A DNA stretch of 61,622 nucleotides, filler included, from Candidatus Woesearchaeota archaeon (GTDB lineage Archaea > Nanobdellota > Nanobdellia > Woesearchaeales > CAZJJJ01), in the NCBI GenBank assembly GCA_046538795.1. It is 4 parts of 4 records of this genome, joined end to end, with 100 filler letters (N's around TTAATTAATTAA, not from the genome) between each part and the next. Parts side by side here need not be neighbours in the genome. Positions count along the whole stretch, not along the records: positions 1 to 25,438 come from JBKHIF010000014.1; 3 more parts are not named here. One strand, 5' to 3'. The position numbers and the translations under genes were made by a program. Positions 10,201 to 20,646 of this stretch are shown piece by piece. Each line of letters begins with the position of its first letter. Positions within the stretch are counted from its first letter, which is position 1. The notes beneath the pieces are model-generated. The model worked only from the letters and a program-made list of their open reading frames with translations, had not been told where the DNA came from and did not search any database.

Positions 10201-12166
10201 TGGAACAGTAATATATTCTTCAGGTATCACTGACACTGCATTTTCAAACCAGACAGTGAATCTTACAAAATATTTTGATTTCCACTCTGCAGGAAGGCAT
10301 CAGCTGAAATTCATAGTCAACCAGACATCAGGAGACAGCATAGGTCTTGAGAATTCAATAACCTGGAATCTGACAATACTCAACAAGAACAGACCTCCTA
10401 CAATGGTTGATCTTATTGCTCCTGCAAATTCAAGTTTTATTTCAGGCACGCCAATATTTTTTAACTGGACTGATTCATTTGATCCTGATGCTCCCGGTCA
10501 TACTTCTTATGACTATTGGAACATATCTTATATACTTCAGATTGATGATGATGAGAACTTCTACTCAATTAATCAGGAAGAAGTTTCCCACAAATCCAAT
10601 ATTACGCTTACAAGCATATCTCTTACAGATGGAAAATATTATTGGAGGATCATATCTACAGATGGTGATGATACAGTTGTTTCAGAAACATTTGAATTCA
10701 CTTTGGATATGTGGTATCCGAAACTGCAGATGAAGATAGATCCGAATCCTGCTGAATATCAGCACAGGGATGTTACAATAACATGGAATGCAACAGATAT
10801 ATACTTGGTTGATGCATATGTAAACATCACGTATCCTTCAGGAATCCATCTTGGAACATTCAGATACAGTCCAATAATCCTATTGAAACAAAATCTTACT
10901 GAACTTGGAGATTATGACGTGGTTCTTCATGCTTATGACAGCGCAGGAAATATTGCTCAAAGACATGAAATCCTTAAGATTGTAAACGATACTACTCCTC
11001 CTGAAATAACACTATTAAGTCCTATTGATAAAAGCAAAAAGAAAACAACAACAACAATTTTCAGCTATGAATATGATGATTACGCAACCCTTGAAAACTG
11101 CACGCTTTACTATCAGGAAATAGATCAATATCTTGACATGCTTGGTTCTGTAATATTTGAAAAACCTACTGGAAACTGGATTCCAAGAAAATTTGACGCA
11201 GATATAGATCCTGGTACAAATTATTTTGTTGTTCCTGACATGCAAAATGGAGCTTACAGGTGGAATGTTCTTTGCTATGATTCTTCAGGCAATTCAGGAA
11301 TGGCTAAAAAGAATTTCACTTTCAGGATAGAAACAAAGCCAAAACCCAAGGAATATACTGAAAAACTGGCAACCATAGATTCATCAGAAACAATACTGGA
11401 ATCAACTCCTGGATTTAATCTTGTCATGAAAATACCTCGCGTATATACAATACCTGGAAAAGAGATTACTTTAAATTTTACAATAGAAAATACAGGAGAA
11501 AGCATCATACGTGATATTGGATTTGTTTCGACTTTGGAATGGATCTCTGTTGATTCAGAAGTTGATGAGATAAAACCAGGACAGATACTTGAAATTCCTT
11601 TTACTGTGAGAAGCCCATATACATTAGGAGAATTCCTTTATCATATAGTTGCAATATCAAGAAACGTAAATGTCATCTCTCCTGGTGTTGTCACAATATC
11701 TGGAAAAGGAGAAGAACCACCTGTATATGTGATAAAAGAAGTTGTTCCTTTTGATAATTATTACAACATAACTTTGTCTATAATCAATCCTCTTGAAAGA
11801 AATGTCAGGATATATGTTGAAGACTATATAGATGGAATGAGCGAAATATCTTTTGACGAAGATGATTTTTATGTGAATACTGTAAGTCCCCCTGCTCTCA
11901 TAACAAAACTTGCAGAGATCAATTCAGATACTGTTATTGAATTTGGTTATGTTGTAGGTTCACTTGATTTTGAAAAGCTTGATGAGCCTTTTGTCATATG
12001 TGATCATGAAACTGAAGTTGAGATGCATGTTGTACTGCCTCATGATAATATGATGGCATTTTTCACATATTTCCCTATTGAATATGTGCTCTTTGGAATG
12101 TGTGTCTTGTTCTTTGGAATGTACTTTTACATAAAGTACAAAAAAAACAAACCTTCTCAAAGATGA
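7229..12166 (+). CDS. Giant membrane-anchored surface protein (1645 aa) with cadherin/Ig-like repeats
   Basis: Signal peptide; repeated INL.DYF.D...L.F/Y and P..NWNG...V.PV.D.P modules; C-terminal TM followed by YKKNK. Confidence 0.85.
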   Translation: MNNHKMKKGFADIIFIFILILSAIIIFQNILKPAQAIIPDVYINEYGNLTNLSRPVNGTLSLGTGIEYLAVRVNITNITDYEAIVTPDEQYVLSYDHGNATHKGISEKLDVRRYLQNLTKIHNISNLFDAPVEIGMKIPLPNASECNYSHTRLNFIPDNMSVVNQTVYLNFTVGSYQNRLINVTCRTPNDFGILDFPQSEYIMRTDYTFTDAQIKILPDTKMSATKELIPNPTPDWNNESTLRNWTITFDLFNKGNVSINITKIRLWATPSDNITGNPLDNVLFEKNYSSCLYGDNILDGGENCEQNSWFFYLGVPVVWSEVFFENVYDFVHEGFYTLIGSFYQYLFGDYKVRLDNPQNNSVVDINYTVDFEYAVSNESDCLLYTNITGNFSSMGMRHEEVILEDSFEYNTTPYETYIVWNVLCYSTDGVNVKFSESNYSLHINALPRIYGDRFPDLNWSEDENLTINLMDYFYDLEDEDMNFTIYPSAILNISYEYSNVTKNITFSPDENWNGLRQMQVVATDIYGRNVSSNLVYLNVTPVPDAPVITWWNVSNATWSTTNETNLTFSENQTIKFEANATDPDFLNDPSLWFYWFLDDVLQKMGSFWEWGVGWFSSGEHNITLIVNGSDGLYDTQHWFVNITNINRNPYSDEIPKLMWKQNTTIIINLSEYFHDPDLEELNYSVFGSTPENITVNISNSTKLATLTPKINWNGTDYITFKAVDPYGASNISNNVTLIVYPYIVSALPNITFLEDQYNDSLFLTNHFNNHSYIKEDITWSINSSTYVNVALHLLTWQVNFTSQSNWYGNESILFIARHDDGYLDNMSLNVEVLPVNDPPILDDVEKTIIENTVPPVNLIDLWEHTIDVDNTYEELNYSIISNSNSSLLDCVIIDNRYINCTPPPENTWGKVYLNVSVSDGEYSDYGLMTITVYHYDVPPVITNWTASDEERTFKGIEGNYSLEFFEDTEFNFTVTVYDVENDNLDYHFIYDGTVIYSSGITDTAFSNQTVNLTKYFDFHSAGRHQLKFIVNQTSGDSIGLENSITWNLTILNKNRPPTMVDLIAPANSSFISGTPIFFNWTDSFDPDAPGHTSYDYWNISYILQIDDDENFYSINQEEVSHKSNITLTSISLTDGKYYWRIISTDGDDTVVSETFEFTLDMWYPKLQMKIDPNPAEYQHRDVTITWNATDIYLVDAYVNITYPSGIHLGTFRYSPIILLKQNLTELGDYDVVLHAYDSAGNIAQRHEILKIVNDTTPPEITLLSPIDKSKKKTTTTIFSYEYDDYATLENCTLYYQEIDQYLDMLGSVIFEKPTGNWIPRKFDADIDPGTNYFVVPDMQNGAYRWNVLCYDSSGNSGMAKKNFTFRIETKPKPKEYTEKLATIDSSETILESTPGFNLVMKIPRVYTIPGKEITLNFTIENTGESIIRDIGFVSTLEWISVDSEVDEIKPGQILEIPFTVRSPYTLGEFLYHIVAISRNVNVISPGVVTISGKGEEPPVYVIKEVVPFDNYYNITLSIINPLERNVRIYVEDYIDGMSEISFDEDDFYVNTVSPPALITKLAEINSDTVIEFGYVVGSLDFEKLDEPFVICDHETEVEMHVVLPHDNMMAFFTYFPIEYVLFGMCVLFFGMYFYIKYKKNKPSQR

Positions 12167-12232
12167 TTTTTTTTAGATGTTTTAATTAAGATGATCTATT
12201 TGTTGGGTCTTGACTAGAAAAACATATCTTTT

Positions 12233-12283
12233 ATTCGGTAATTCCGAATTACTGGTTTACCTAAAAATCAAAACATTTAAATA
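12233..12283 (+). promoter_or_regulatory. Putative operator palindrome plus BRE/TATA upstream of paralog 1
   Basis: ATTCGG-N5-CCGAAT at 12233-12249; AAATCAAAACATTTAAATA at 12265-12283 is identical to 20557-20575. Confidence 0.55.
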
Positions 12284-12348
12284 TGAGTTCTCCTAAAACT
12301 AATTTAGTGTGGTATAGTGGTTGAGGATATTACTAGGAGGTCATTTGG

Positions 12349-14415
12349 ATGTTGAAGTTGAATTTTACTAGTTGTCTCTTATTTGTTGCTTGTTTTGTAT
12401 TGATTCTTGTTGCTTCAGGAAATGTTGTGCAGGCGTCTACAGAAACCCTTGATGTAAGGGTTCTTGAATACATTACTGAAGTCATTGCATATGATCAGAC
12501 TCTTGGAGAGGATAATGTCATTTCAGACACCCGTGGTGAGCTGGGAGAGAATGATACTGGCATAAGCAGAACTGGTCACCAGTTGAAAAAATTCAATATA
12601 ACCGGAATAATAAATATTTCTAATACTGAAACTGTCGGAAACTCGACTGTTGTTTCTATTAATGTGACTATTAATGGTACTGAGAACATAACCCGTATCT
12701 CTTTAAGAGATCAGCCTGCAGAAAATTATCTTGTATATAATATTAGTGGAACAGATTCTCCTGTCAGAAATTCTACAATAAGCATATTCATTGCAGAACT
12801 AAGGGGCGGAGACAGTGCAGTTTTTGAGTTTGATGTGGAAGGTCATGGTGTTGGCGAGCCTCTTAATTTTACAGAAGAATATTCTTCGTGGAGAATGATG
12901 AGCGGCAATGCTACTGATATAACTCTTAATGTTACAAATTCATTCCCTACTCCAATCCGTTTAAGTGATATTGTCATAAGAAAAACTCCTGGTTGTTATG
13001 AATCTTATAATGGTGTTGCATGTTTCAGATTTTCTGATCTTACTGGTGATGATTCTGGTAATGCAACAATATCTGGAAATCCCACCATATTAGAATGGAA
13101 CGCCTCAGGAGGTTACATGGATCAGTATGATTCAAGACAGATACTTTTCAAGGCGTGGGCTCCGGAAAACGTAACTTTGATAGATCTTAACGGAAATCAG
13201 GTGAGATATAATGATTCTGAAGATTGGGCCAGCTGGATGAATATGGGTAATCTTTCTGCTTCATTTAATTTCAATGGTTCTATTACAGGTCTTGAGCTTA
13301 TCAACGTTACAGGAATAGTTCCATATTCAAGAGTGTCTGTATCTAAGGACAGGATAAATGAAAGCCACTGGAATGCGACATTCAACATAACAAATGATGC
13401 ACCTGCTCCTGTTGATTACAGGCTTAATCATATAAGCATCTGGGCAACTCAGCAGACAAATCATATTGAAGATTATAATCCTGGAAATCAGAATAATTGG
13501 GTTGAAAATACAAACGTCAGTGCTACTGGCTACTCTGGATTTTTGGGTCCTTATGCAAATGCAACATGGTGGCCTAGAGTTGATCTTTTGGCTGATGAAA
13601 ACAACGATAATTATAGTATTGTTTTCAATTACTCTCTTGTACCTGTTGTGTGGGCGCATGCCAACTTTGAACTGCTTGATGATGGAACTCAGATATTTAA
13701 GCTTAACAGGACTGAAACTATTGATGATGGCTATCTTTTCATTGAAGAGATATATGTTCTCTTGGGTGGTTATCTTGTCAAGGTTACAAAGACCGTGGAT
13801 CCTGTTGATCTTGCGCCTTTGATAAACAACTCATACCAGATAAATATAACTATTGAGAACATAGGTCAGGAAAGGACTCCTGAATGGGTGAGCATGTTTG
13901 ATCTTATCCCAAAAGATTTCAGTCCTCTTTTGAGAACAACAGACTCTTTTGCTCCAAGCCGTTCTATGACTGTTCCTAACAGGATCAATGTAACTACCTG
14001 GACTGGAAGCTGGGTTGAGCTTACATCCGGACCTGCAACATCAAGCACTGTTTTGGGTTATGCAGATACTGGTGAGATTACAAGCGGACCTTATGAAGGC
14101 TATTGGGGTTATCATATTGACTTTAATGGCATCAATGCAACTTCAAATGGAAATGGTCAGTATGATGTTTCTTATTCAGACAGGGAAATTGGAGTGAGAT
14201 ACAGGATTGCCGGAAACAAGACTATCTCAAGGGTCGAGAATGCTTACATTGTAGGTGTTGACCCAATCAGGCTTGAAGGGGGGAATCCTTCAAGATCAGT
14301 CACATCACGATTGGCTGCATCCAGCACCACTATGGAGTATGTTGTCTTGATAGGCTCTCTCTTGGTGTCTATAACAATACTCGGTCTTGGATTTGGGCTT
14401 GTCAAAAGAAAATGA
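12349..14415 (+). CDS. Surface protein paralog 1 (688 aa; signal peptide, Ig-like domains, C-terminal TM)
   Basis: AGGAGG RBS; shares AYDQTLGEDNVISDTRGELGEN, EPLNFTEEYSSWRM, YLFIEEIYVLLGGYL and NAYIVGVDPIRLEGGNPS with its neighbours. Confidence 0.85.
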   Translation: MLKLNFTSCLLFVACFVLILVASGNVVQASTETLDVRVLEYITEVIAYDQTLGEDNVISDTRGELGENDTGISRTGHQLKKFNITGIINISNTETVGNSTVVSINVTINGTENITRISLRDQPAENYLVYNISGTDSPVRNSTISIFIAELRGGDSAVFEFDVEGHGVGEPLNFTEEYSSWRMMSGNATDITLNVTNSFPTPIRLSDIVIRKTPGCYESYNGVACFRFSDLTGDDSGNATISGNPTILEWNASGGYMDQYDSRQILFKAWAPENVTLIDLNGNQVRYNDSEDWASWMNMGNLSASFNFNGSITGLELINVTGIVPYSRVSVSKDRINESHWNATFNITNDAPAPVDYRLNHISIWATQQTNHIEDYNPGNQNNWVENTNVSATGYSGFLGPYANATWWPRVDLLADENNDNYSIVFNYSLVPVVWAHANFELLDDGTQIFKLNRTETIDDGYLFIEEIYVLLGGYLVKVTKTVDPVDLAPLINNSYQINITIENIGQERTPEWVSMFDLIPKDFSPLLRTTDSFAPSRSMTVPNRINVTTWTGSWVELTSGPATSSTVLGYADTGEITSGPYEGYWGYHIDFNGINATSNGNGQYDVSYSDREIGVRYRIAGNKTISRVENAYIVGVDPIRLEGGNPSRSVTSRLAASSTTMEYVVLIGSLLVSITILGLGFGLVKRK

Positions 14416-14428
14416 ATCGATATAAAAA

Positions 14429-16465
14429 ATGGTCCTTGCTAATAAATTTTTCAGATTATTTTTGATTTTTGTATTTTCTATTTTCTTAGTTAGTTCGGTG
14501 CGGGCTTCAACACCTGCTCTGGATGTTGTTGTTCAGGAAGAGATTTCTCAGATTGTTGCCTATGATCAGACTGTGGGCGAAGATAATGTAATAGGAGATA
14601 CAAGAGGGGAGCTTGGAGAGAATAATACTGGTATAAGCAGAACCGGGGTTGAACTCAAAAATATGACTATTGTAGGTACGATCAATATATCTAATATTGA
14701 AACAATAGGTCCTACAGATCTTGTTTCTATTAATGTTACGATAAATAATACTCAAAATATTACAAATATACAGCTTAGGGATGCTCCTTCTGGAAATTAT
14801 TTTGTATATAACATAAGTACAGGCGAAAATCCTGTGGATGAGCCAGAGATAAGCATTTTTATACCTCTTTTAAAATCAGGCGATAGTGCTGTATTCAATT
14901 TTAGCGTAGATGGTGTTGGCGTACATGGAGAGCCTCTTAATTTTACAGAAGAATATACATCCTGGAGGATGATGACTGGGCGAAGCGTGGATGTCAACAT
15001 AAATGCTACAAACTCCCTTAATTCAGATGTTGAGGTATATGATATAATTGTCATAAAAGAACCAGAGGGATTTCCTGCTGTTGGCGGAGGAAATGTCTAT
15101 TTTAATTTCACTGATATATCGGGCGAGGATGCAAGCAATGCGAGTATTGACATGGAAAGCGGAATAAGTATCCTGCAATGGAATGTTTCAGATAATACTT
15201 TGACAAGAGGCGAAAGTACATGGATAAACTTTAAGGCCTGGGCTCCTCTTAATATTTCGACAGACTGGCATAATTATGAAGATTGGGGTGAATGGATGAG
15301 GATGGGAAACCTGTCAGCTTCATTCAAGCTTAATGCTTCGCTTGCAGGGTTGCAAATTAAAGACGCAAAAGCAAAAACTACAGATTTTTCAATCGGTCTT
15401 TCAAAAGATAGGATAAACGAAAGTCATTGGAATGGAACAATAAATATGTCCAACACTGCTGATGCTCCTCTTGATTATAATGTGAGTTTTGTAAGCATAT
15501 GGGCTACAAAATATCAGACCTATGATGATCCTGGAAATATAAGCACCTGGATAAATAATACGAATGTTTCAGCTTACTCTTTTTCAGATTTTCTTGGACC
15601 TTATGCAAATGTCACCTGGAGACCTTATATCAATCTTAGCGGAGGAACTGCTAATGATCAATTCAGCATGATTTTCAATTATTCTTTAGTTCCTATAATC
15701 TGGAGCGACATAGATTTCTTCATACTTGAAGATGGCAATCAGGTTCAGGAACTTGAACAAGCAGTGACAAGCCAGGATGGATATCTCTTTATAGAAGAGA
15801 TTTATGTTTTGCTTGGTGGTTATCTGATCAAATCGACAAAGACCATAACTCCTATTGAGATGGGTGATATGAACAATACATACCAGGTAAATATCACTCT
15901 TGAAAATGTGGGCACAGAAACAACTCCAGAATGGATAACTATGTTTGATATGGTTCCAAGAGGATTTAATCCTCTTTTAAGAGCCATTGATGATCTTGCT
16001 CCTAATCGCAGCATGGCAATTGCAAACAGGATCAATGTGACTACCTGGACAGGTGCCTGGGTTGACCTTACATCTGAGCTTGCTTCGTCTTCCACAGTGC
16101 TTGGTTATCAGGATTCGGGTGAAATAACTAGCGGAGCATTCGAAGGCTATTGGGGTTACAGGATTGATTTTAATGCCCTTAATTCAACATCAAACGGCAA
16201 TGGAATATATGATCCTTCACACTCAACTCAGGAGATTGGAATCAGATACAGAATTTCAGGAAACAACACTATATCTTCTATCGAAAACGCATACATAGTT
16301 GGTGTAGATCCGATAAGACTCGAAGGAGGAAATCCTTCAAGATCAGTTTCATCTCTTTTCAGGCTTACAAGCTCATCAGGAGAATATCTTCTGATAATAA
16401 TCTCCCTGGCGGTTTCTGTGATCATAATTTCCATGGGTGTGGGATTAAGAAATAGAAAACATTGA
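14429..16465 (+). CDS. Surface protein paralog 2 (678 aa)
   Basis: Same motif series as paralog 1; signal peptide; C-terminal TM plus basic tail. Confidence 0.85.
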   Translation: MVLANKFFRLFLIFVFSIFLVSSVRASTPALDVVVQEEISQIVAYDQTVGEDNVIGDTRGELGENNTGISRTGVELKNMTIVGTINISNIETIGPTDLVSINVTINNTQNITNIQLRDAPSGNYFVYNISTGENPVDEPEISIFIPLLKSGDSAVFNFSVDGVGVHGEPLNFTEEYTSWRMMTGRSVDVNINATNSLNSDVEVYDIIVIKEPEGFPAVGGGNVYFNFTDISGEDASNASIDMESGISILQWNVSDNTLTRGESTWINFKAWAPLNISTDWHNYEDWGEWMRMGNLSASFKLNASLAGLQIKDAKAKTTDFSIGLSKDRINESHWNGTINMSNTADAPLDYNVSFVSIWATKYQTYDDPGNISTWINNTNVSAYSFSDFLGPYANVTWRPYINLSGGTANDQFSMIFNYSLVPIIWSDIDFFILEDGNQVQELEQAVTSQDGYLFIEEIYVLLGGYLIKSTKTITPIEMGDMNNTYQVNITLENVGTETTPEWITMFDMVPRGFNPLLRAIDDLAPNRSMAIANRINVTTWTGAWVDLTSELASSSTVLGYQDSGEITSGAFEGYWGYRIDFNALNSTSNGNGIYDPSHSTQEIGIRYRISGNNTISSIENAYIVGVDPIRLEGGNPSRSVSSLFRLTSSSGEYLLIIISLAVSVIIISMGVGLRNRKH

Positions 16466-16475
16466 TCTTAAATAA

Positions 16476-16580
16476 TTATTGAAAATTTCTTTTCGTTTTT
16501 GTGGGTTAAATACCTCGTCCTTTGCCCTGCAAGGGTACTCTTCGAGCAGGTCGGGGAATAGCCATCGGTTTGAGTTATTT
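16476..16580 (+). repeat. Dispersed structured repeat, copy A (short)
   Basis: Begins TTATTGAAAATTT; 16521-16580 matches 34171-34230 at 59/60 nt. Confidence 0.85.
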
Positions 16581-16643
16581 CTGTTATTCCGAATTACCAA
16601 AAAACAGTAACATTTATATAGTAACTTATAGATAATTTTTTAT

Positions 16644-18749
16644 GTGTTTCGTGTGAGTGGGAGAGTAAAGACTAGAGGTATTATTATATTTGCAATTCTG
16701 TTAGTGTTTGCATTAGCTGGAACTGTTTCTGCATCGACTCCTGCTATTCGCGTTGAAGTGATAGAATACTTGACTCAGACAGTTGCTTACGATCAGAGCC
16801 TTGGCGAAAACAATGTGATTTCTGATGCAAGAGGCGAACTAGGGGAAAACAAAACTGGCACAAGCAGGACAGGAGTAGAACTTAGTGATCTTTTTGTATA
16901 TGGAATGATAAATATATCTAATGTAGAGACTCTAGGGGGACAGACTTTGGTTTCTATCAATGTGACTTTGAATGGCACAGATAATATCTCACACATATCT
17001 CTTGCTTCTGGCGCTCCTGACTATCTTGTCTATAATCTTTCTGAAGGTGAAGATCCTGTCCTGGAACCAAGGATTACTATTTTTATTCCTGAGCTAAGAG
17101 CAGGAGACAGTGCTATATTTGATTTTAATATTTCCGGGGCAGGACTGGGTGAGCCTGTCAATTTTACAGAAGAATATTCTTCATGGAGGATGCTTACAGG
17201 CCAGAGCACTCACATAACACTTAACGTAACCAATTCTTTTCCAACGCCTGTAACTTTCAGCAACCTTGTAATAACAAAGACACCTGAAGGATTTCCGTCA
17301 TCTGATGGTGGGCTTGAATATTTTAGGTTTACTGATCTTTCAGGAGACGATTCTGGAAATGCAACTATTTTTGATGATATTTCTGGAAGAACCATACTTC
17401 AATGGAATGCTTCAGATGGTGATCTTTCTCCAGGAGAAACTCGTCAGATTGAGTTTAATGCATGGGCTCCGGAAAATATTTCAGTAAGCTGGGAGAATTA
17501 TGAAGATTGGGGAGTCTGGCTTCGGATGGGTAATATTTCATCTACATTTGGATTCAATGGCTCAATGAGTGGTCTTGAAATTGAAAGTGTTGTTGGGGTT
17601 TCGCCTGCATTAAGATATGCTATCTCAAAAGACAGGGTCAATGAGACCCATTGGAATGCAACAGTTAATATGACCAATGATGCTTCTGCTGCTCTTGATT
17701 ATGAGCTTAGCCATGTTAGTATCTGGGCGACAAGAAATCTTATGGTAAGAGACCCTGCTGATCAGGATAATTGGATAAACAATACCAATGTTACTACAAC
17801 AGGAGTTTCTGGATTCTCAGGTCCTTATGCAAATTATACCTGGTGGCCCAGGATAAATCTTAGCAATGGAACCTCAAATACCAATTACAGCATATTATTC
17901 AATTACTCTCTTGTACCTATTGTGTGGGCACATGCTAACTTCATGATACTTGATGACGGCACCCAGATATTCAAGCTTAATAGAACCGAAGCTATAGAAG
18001 ATGGATATTTTTTTATCGAAGAAATCTATGTGCTTTTAGGCGGATATCTCATGAAAGTTACAAAACTTATTACGCCTCTTGAAAATCCGACTATTGATAA
18101 TTTATATGAAGTCAATGTCACAATAGAGAATGTGGGAAAAGAGAGATCGCCTGAACTTATAACCATGTTTGATCTTGTCCCGAAAGGATTCATGCCTTTG
18201 AATTACCTTACAAATGCAACAATGTCCAACAGGACCATGTATCGTCCTGAAGTATTATATGTTACTAACCGAAATGGACTCTACAGGCCTGTTTTTGCAA
18301 CTGTGGGAGATAGTATCTGGGGAGGTTCAGATACAGGAGAAGTATCTGGGGGACCCTATTCTGGCTATTGGGGTTATCATCTTGACATGATGGCTCTTAA
18401 TTCATCTTCTGATGGAGATGGTTATTATGATGCATCCTTATCTTATTCTGAAGTCGGTGTAAGATACAAGATAGTAGGTAACACGACTATATCTTCTGTA
18501 GAGAATGCTTATCTTATCGGTGTTGACCCAATCAGGCTTGAAGGAGGAAATCCTTCAAAAAGCGTTATGTCAATATTTGATCTTTGGAGCAGGTCCTGGG
18601 AACCTGTAATCATAATAAGTTCCATATTGTTGTCTTCATCTCTTTTGGTTGTCGGCATAAAATATCTTGGAAATATAAATGCTGAAAAAAAGGGTGATAA
18701 AAGTTCAAAAAATCACAGTAAAAAAAATAAGAAAAGGAGGAAAAGATGA
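16644..18749 (+). CDS. Surface protein paralog 3 (701 aa)
   Basis: Same motif series; GTG start is uncertain; C-terminal TM and Lys/Arg-rich tail. Confidence 0.85.
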   Translation: MFRVSGRVKTRGIIIFAILLVFALAGTVSASTPAIRVEVIEYLTQTVAYDQSLGENNVISDARGELGENKTGTSRTGVELSDLFVYGMINISNVETLGGQTLVSINVTLNGTDNISHISLASGAPDYLVYNLSEGEDPVLEPRITIFIPELRAGDSAIFDFNISGAGLGEPVNFTEEYSSWRMLTGQSTHITLNVTNSFPTPVTFSNLVITKTPEGFPSSDGGLEYFRFTDLSGDDSGNATIFDDISGRTILQWNASDGDLSPGETRQIEFNAWAPENISVSWENYEDWGVWLRMGNISSTFGFNGSMSGLEIESVVGVSPALRYAISKDRVNETHWNATVNMTNDASAALDYELSHVSIWATRNLMVRDPADQDNWINNTNVTTTGVSGFSGPYANYTWWPRINLSNGTSNTNYSILFNYSLVPIVWAHANFMILDDGTQIFKLNRTEAIEDGYFFIEEIYVLLGGYLMKVTKLITPLENPTIDNLYEVNVTIENVGKERSPELITMFDLVPKGFMPLNYLTNATMSNRTMYRPEVLYVTNRNGLYRPVFATVGDSIWGGSDTGEVSGGPYSGYWGYHLDMMALNSSSDGDGYYDASLSYSEVGVRYKIVGNTTISSVENAYLIGVDPIRLEGGNPSKSVMSIFDLWSRSWEPVIIISSILLSSSLLVVGIKYLGNINAEKKGDKSSKNHSKKNKKRRKR

Positions 18750-19513
18750 TGGTTTCAAAAAAAACTCTTATTTTCATTCTTATGCTGTTAGTTGTTTCAA
18801 CTATTCCTGTCGATGCAGCTGAACCTGTACAGAGAAGGACGGCAAAGATGCTGCTTCAAAGCCTTGATAATTATGTGGTGACTGTTGATATGAAAAATGA
18901 AAAAGAGGTCACAGTATCGCAGAGCTTTGATATTGTAAGCAGGCATAAGGATCCGATCATCCCCGGCAGAGCAAAACTTGTATTATATAATGGGATCAAT
19001 CCACAGAATATTCGTGCAAACATTGGTGGAAGCTACAGGGATATATCTCCTGATGAAGTTATTCTGGAAGACGGCAACAATGTAATCTATTATGAGATCT
19101 GGAGGCCTATAGCACCAGGTGAAAGGCTTAATATTGATGTAACTTTCGATACAGAGGTAGATGCCAAAGGATTTCTGTTCAAGCAGTTGGATTTAAAATT
19201 TGGAGAGCCTGAGCTTCCAATCGATAAAATGGTATTCACTTTAAACCTGCCAAGGGGAAAGAGAATAACTTATTCAGATCCTGGATTGACTGAAAGATCA
19301 GCAAATAGCGGAACCATAGAATTTGAAAGTCCGGGAGAAGATAATCAGGCATCTTTGACAGTTGAATATTCCTCGCTTCCATTGCCTGTTCTTCCTTTCC
19401 ATGGTTACTGGCTTTGGCTTCTTTTGGTGCTTGCGTCTCTTGTATTGTTTCTTGTAAGATATGTCAATAAAGACAAGTTTGAGCTTCCATCAACACCATT
19501 TTCAGGAAACTAA
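18746..19513 (+). CDS. Accessory secreted, membrane-anchored protein A (paralog of 22786-23508)
   Basis: Signal peptide; IIPG, WRPIAPG, KGFLF and VEYSSLPLP motifs mirrored in 22786-23508; C-terminal TM; start overlaps the paralog 3 stop. Confidence 0.8.
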   Translation: MMVSKKTLIFILMLLVVSTIPVDAAEPVQRRTAKMLLQSLDNYVVTVDMKNEKEVTVSQSFDIVSRHKDPIIPGRAKLVLYNGINPQNIRANIGGSYRDISPDEVILEDGNNVIYYEIWRPIAPGERLNIDVTFDTEVDAKGFLFKQLDLKFGEPELPIDKMVFTLNLPRGKRITYSDPGLTERSANSGTIEFESPGEDNQASLTVEYSSLPLPVLPFHGYWLWLLLVLASLVLFLVRYVNKDKFELPSTPFSGN

Positions 19514-19681
19514 ATACTATGAAGAAAAATGCAGAATAAGTTTTTTTATTTCTTTTTTTCAATGTCTTTTTTTATCTTCTCGAACTGATCAAGTATGTTT
19601 TCAAAAACAGTTGAGAGTATCTTTATGTTTTCGTCAATCTTGCTTATCTTGTTATCAATCTTTTCTATCTTTTCGTTGTAT

Positions 19682-20464
19682 TCATTCAAGTCCATATTTA
19701 CCATCTGTATTTGCCTTAAGCCAATTATCTGCTGATTCTACAAAGACCTCAATCTTTGTCGTAAGCCTGCTGACATTTTCTGACGCAGAATCAATTTTTT
19801 TTTCAAGCTCAGCCAACCTTTTTGCGTCTTTACTTTTTATCTTTATTTTTTTTATCTTTTTGCTTTTTTTATCTTTATGTGCTTTTTTGTCTTCTTTTTT
19901 TATTATTGCTCTTTCTTTTATCCTGCGTGTGGTTCTTTTTATGTCAGGAAGTATAAATAAAACAATTAGTGTTGAAACTATTATTATAAGTCCGTATATT
20001 GTTGTAAGTATAAATTCCTTTTTTTGATATATCGGAACATTGCTTTTGATTGTATCGTTTGCACTTTCAGATGCACTTTCGGTATTTTCCTCTGTATTTG
20101 AATATTTGATGAGCATCCGTTCTTTTGAAGGTTCATTATTTATGTATGGTTGTATTATTATATTCCCATCTTCTGTTTCAGGAAGATTATCTGGAAAATT
20201 AACAGATATCCTTATGCTTTTTTTTTCTCCTTCTGAAAGCATGAACTTATCGGGATTTACTTTTGCAAATGATTCTGAACTTTTTATCTCAAAATTCCTA
20301 AGTCCATCTTCCTCACTTGTCAGAAGCAATATAAATTGATAATTTTTTGAAGGCTGCATGTTCTTTATCTTGAGTTCAGACGGAGATAAAGAAAGTGCCC
20401 AGGCTGTTTGTGAGATTATGATTGTTAAAAATAGCAATGCCGCGATATTTTTTTTTTTCATCAT
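19682..20464 (-). CDS. Membrane protein: signal peptide, Ig-like domain, TM, basic coiled-coil tail
   Basis: LSLSPSEL..VNPDKFML beta module; TM ILTTIYGLIIIVSTLIVLFIL; heptad-rich C-terminus. Confidence 0.75.
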   Translation of the reverse strand: MMKKKNIAALLFLTIIISQTAWALSLSPSELKIKNMQPSKNYQFILLLTSEEDGLRNFEIKSSESFAKVNPDKFMLSEGEKKSIRISVNFPDNLPETEDGNIIIQPYINNEPSKERMLIKYSNTEENTESASESANDTIKSNVPIYQKKEFILTTIYGLIIIVSTLIVLFILPDIKRTTRRIKERAIIKKEDKKAHKDKKSKKIKKIKIKSKDAKRLAELEKKIDSASENVSRLTTKIEVFVESADNWLKANTDGKYGLE

Positions 20465-20646
20465 ACTAATATCTGAAGATTCTTCTATTTATAGTTTTTC
20501 TTTACTGACAATTATTTTCTTTTTTCGAAAGACGAGATTTCCGAACGAGGGAAAATAAATCAAAACATTTAAATACTAGTTATTTCATGAAATAATTATA
20601 ATGTTTTATTTTGGTGATAGTGTAATCTGAGGGCGAGGGAGTGTTT

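Noticed and set aside
12349..18749. Diversity-generating retroelement or invertible cassette explanation for the paralogs
   Set aside because: No reverse transcriptase, no adenine-specific TR/VR pair and no flanking inverted repeats were seen; the differences look like ordinary divergence.
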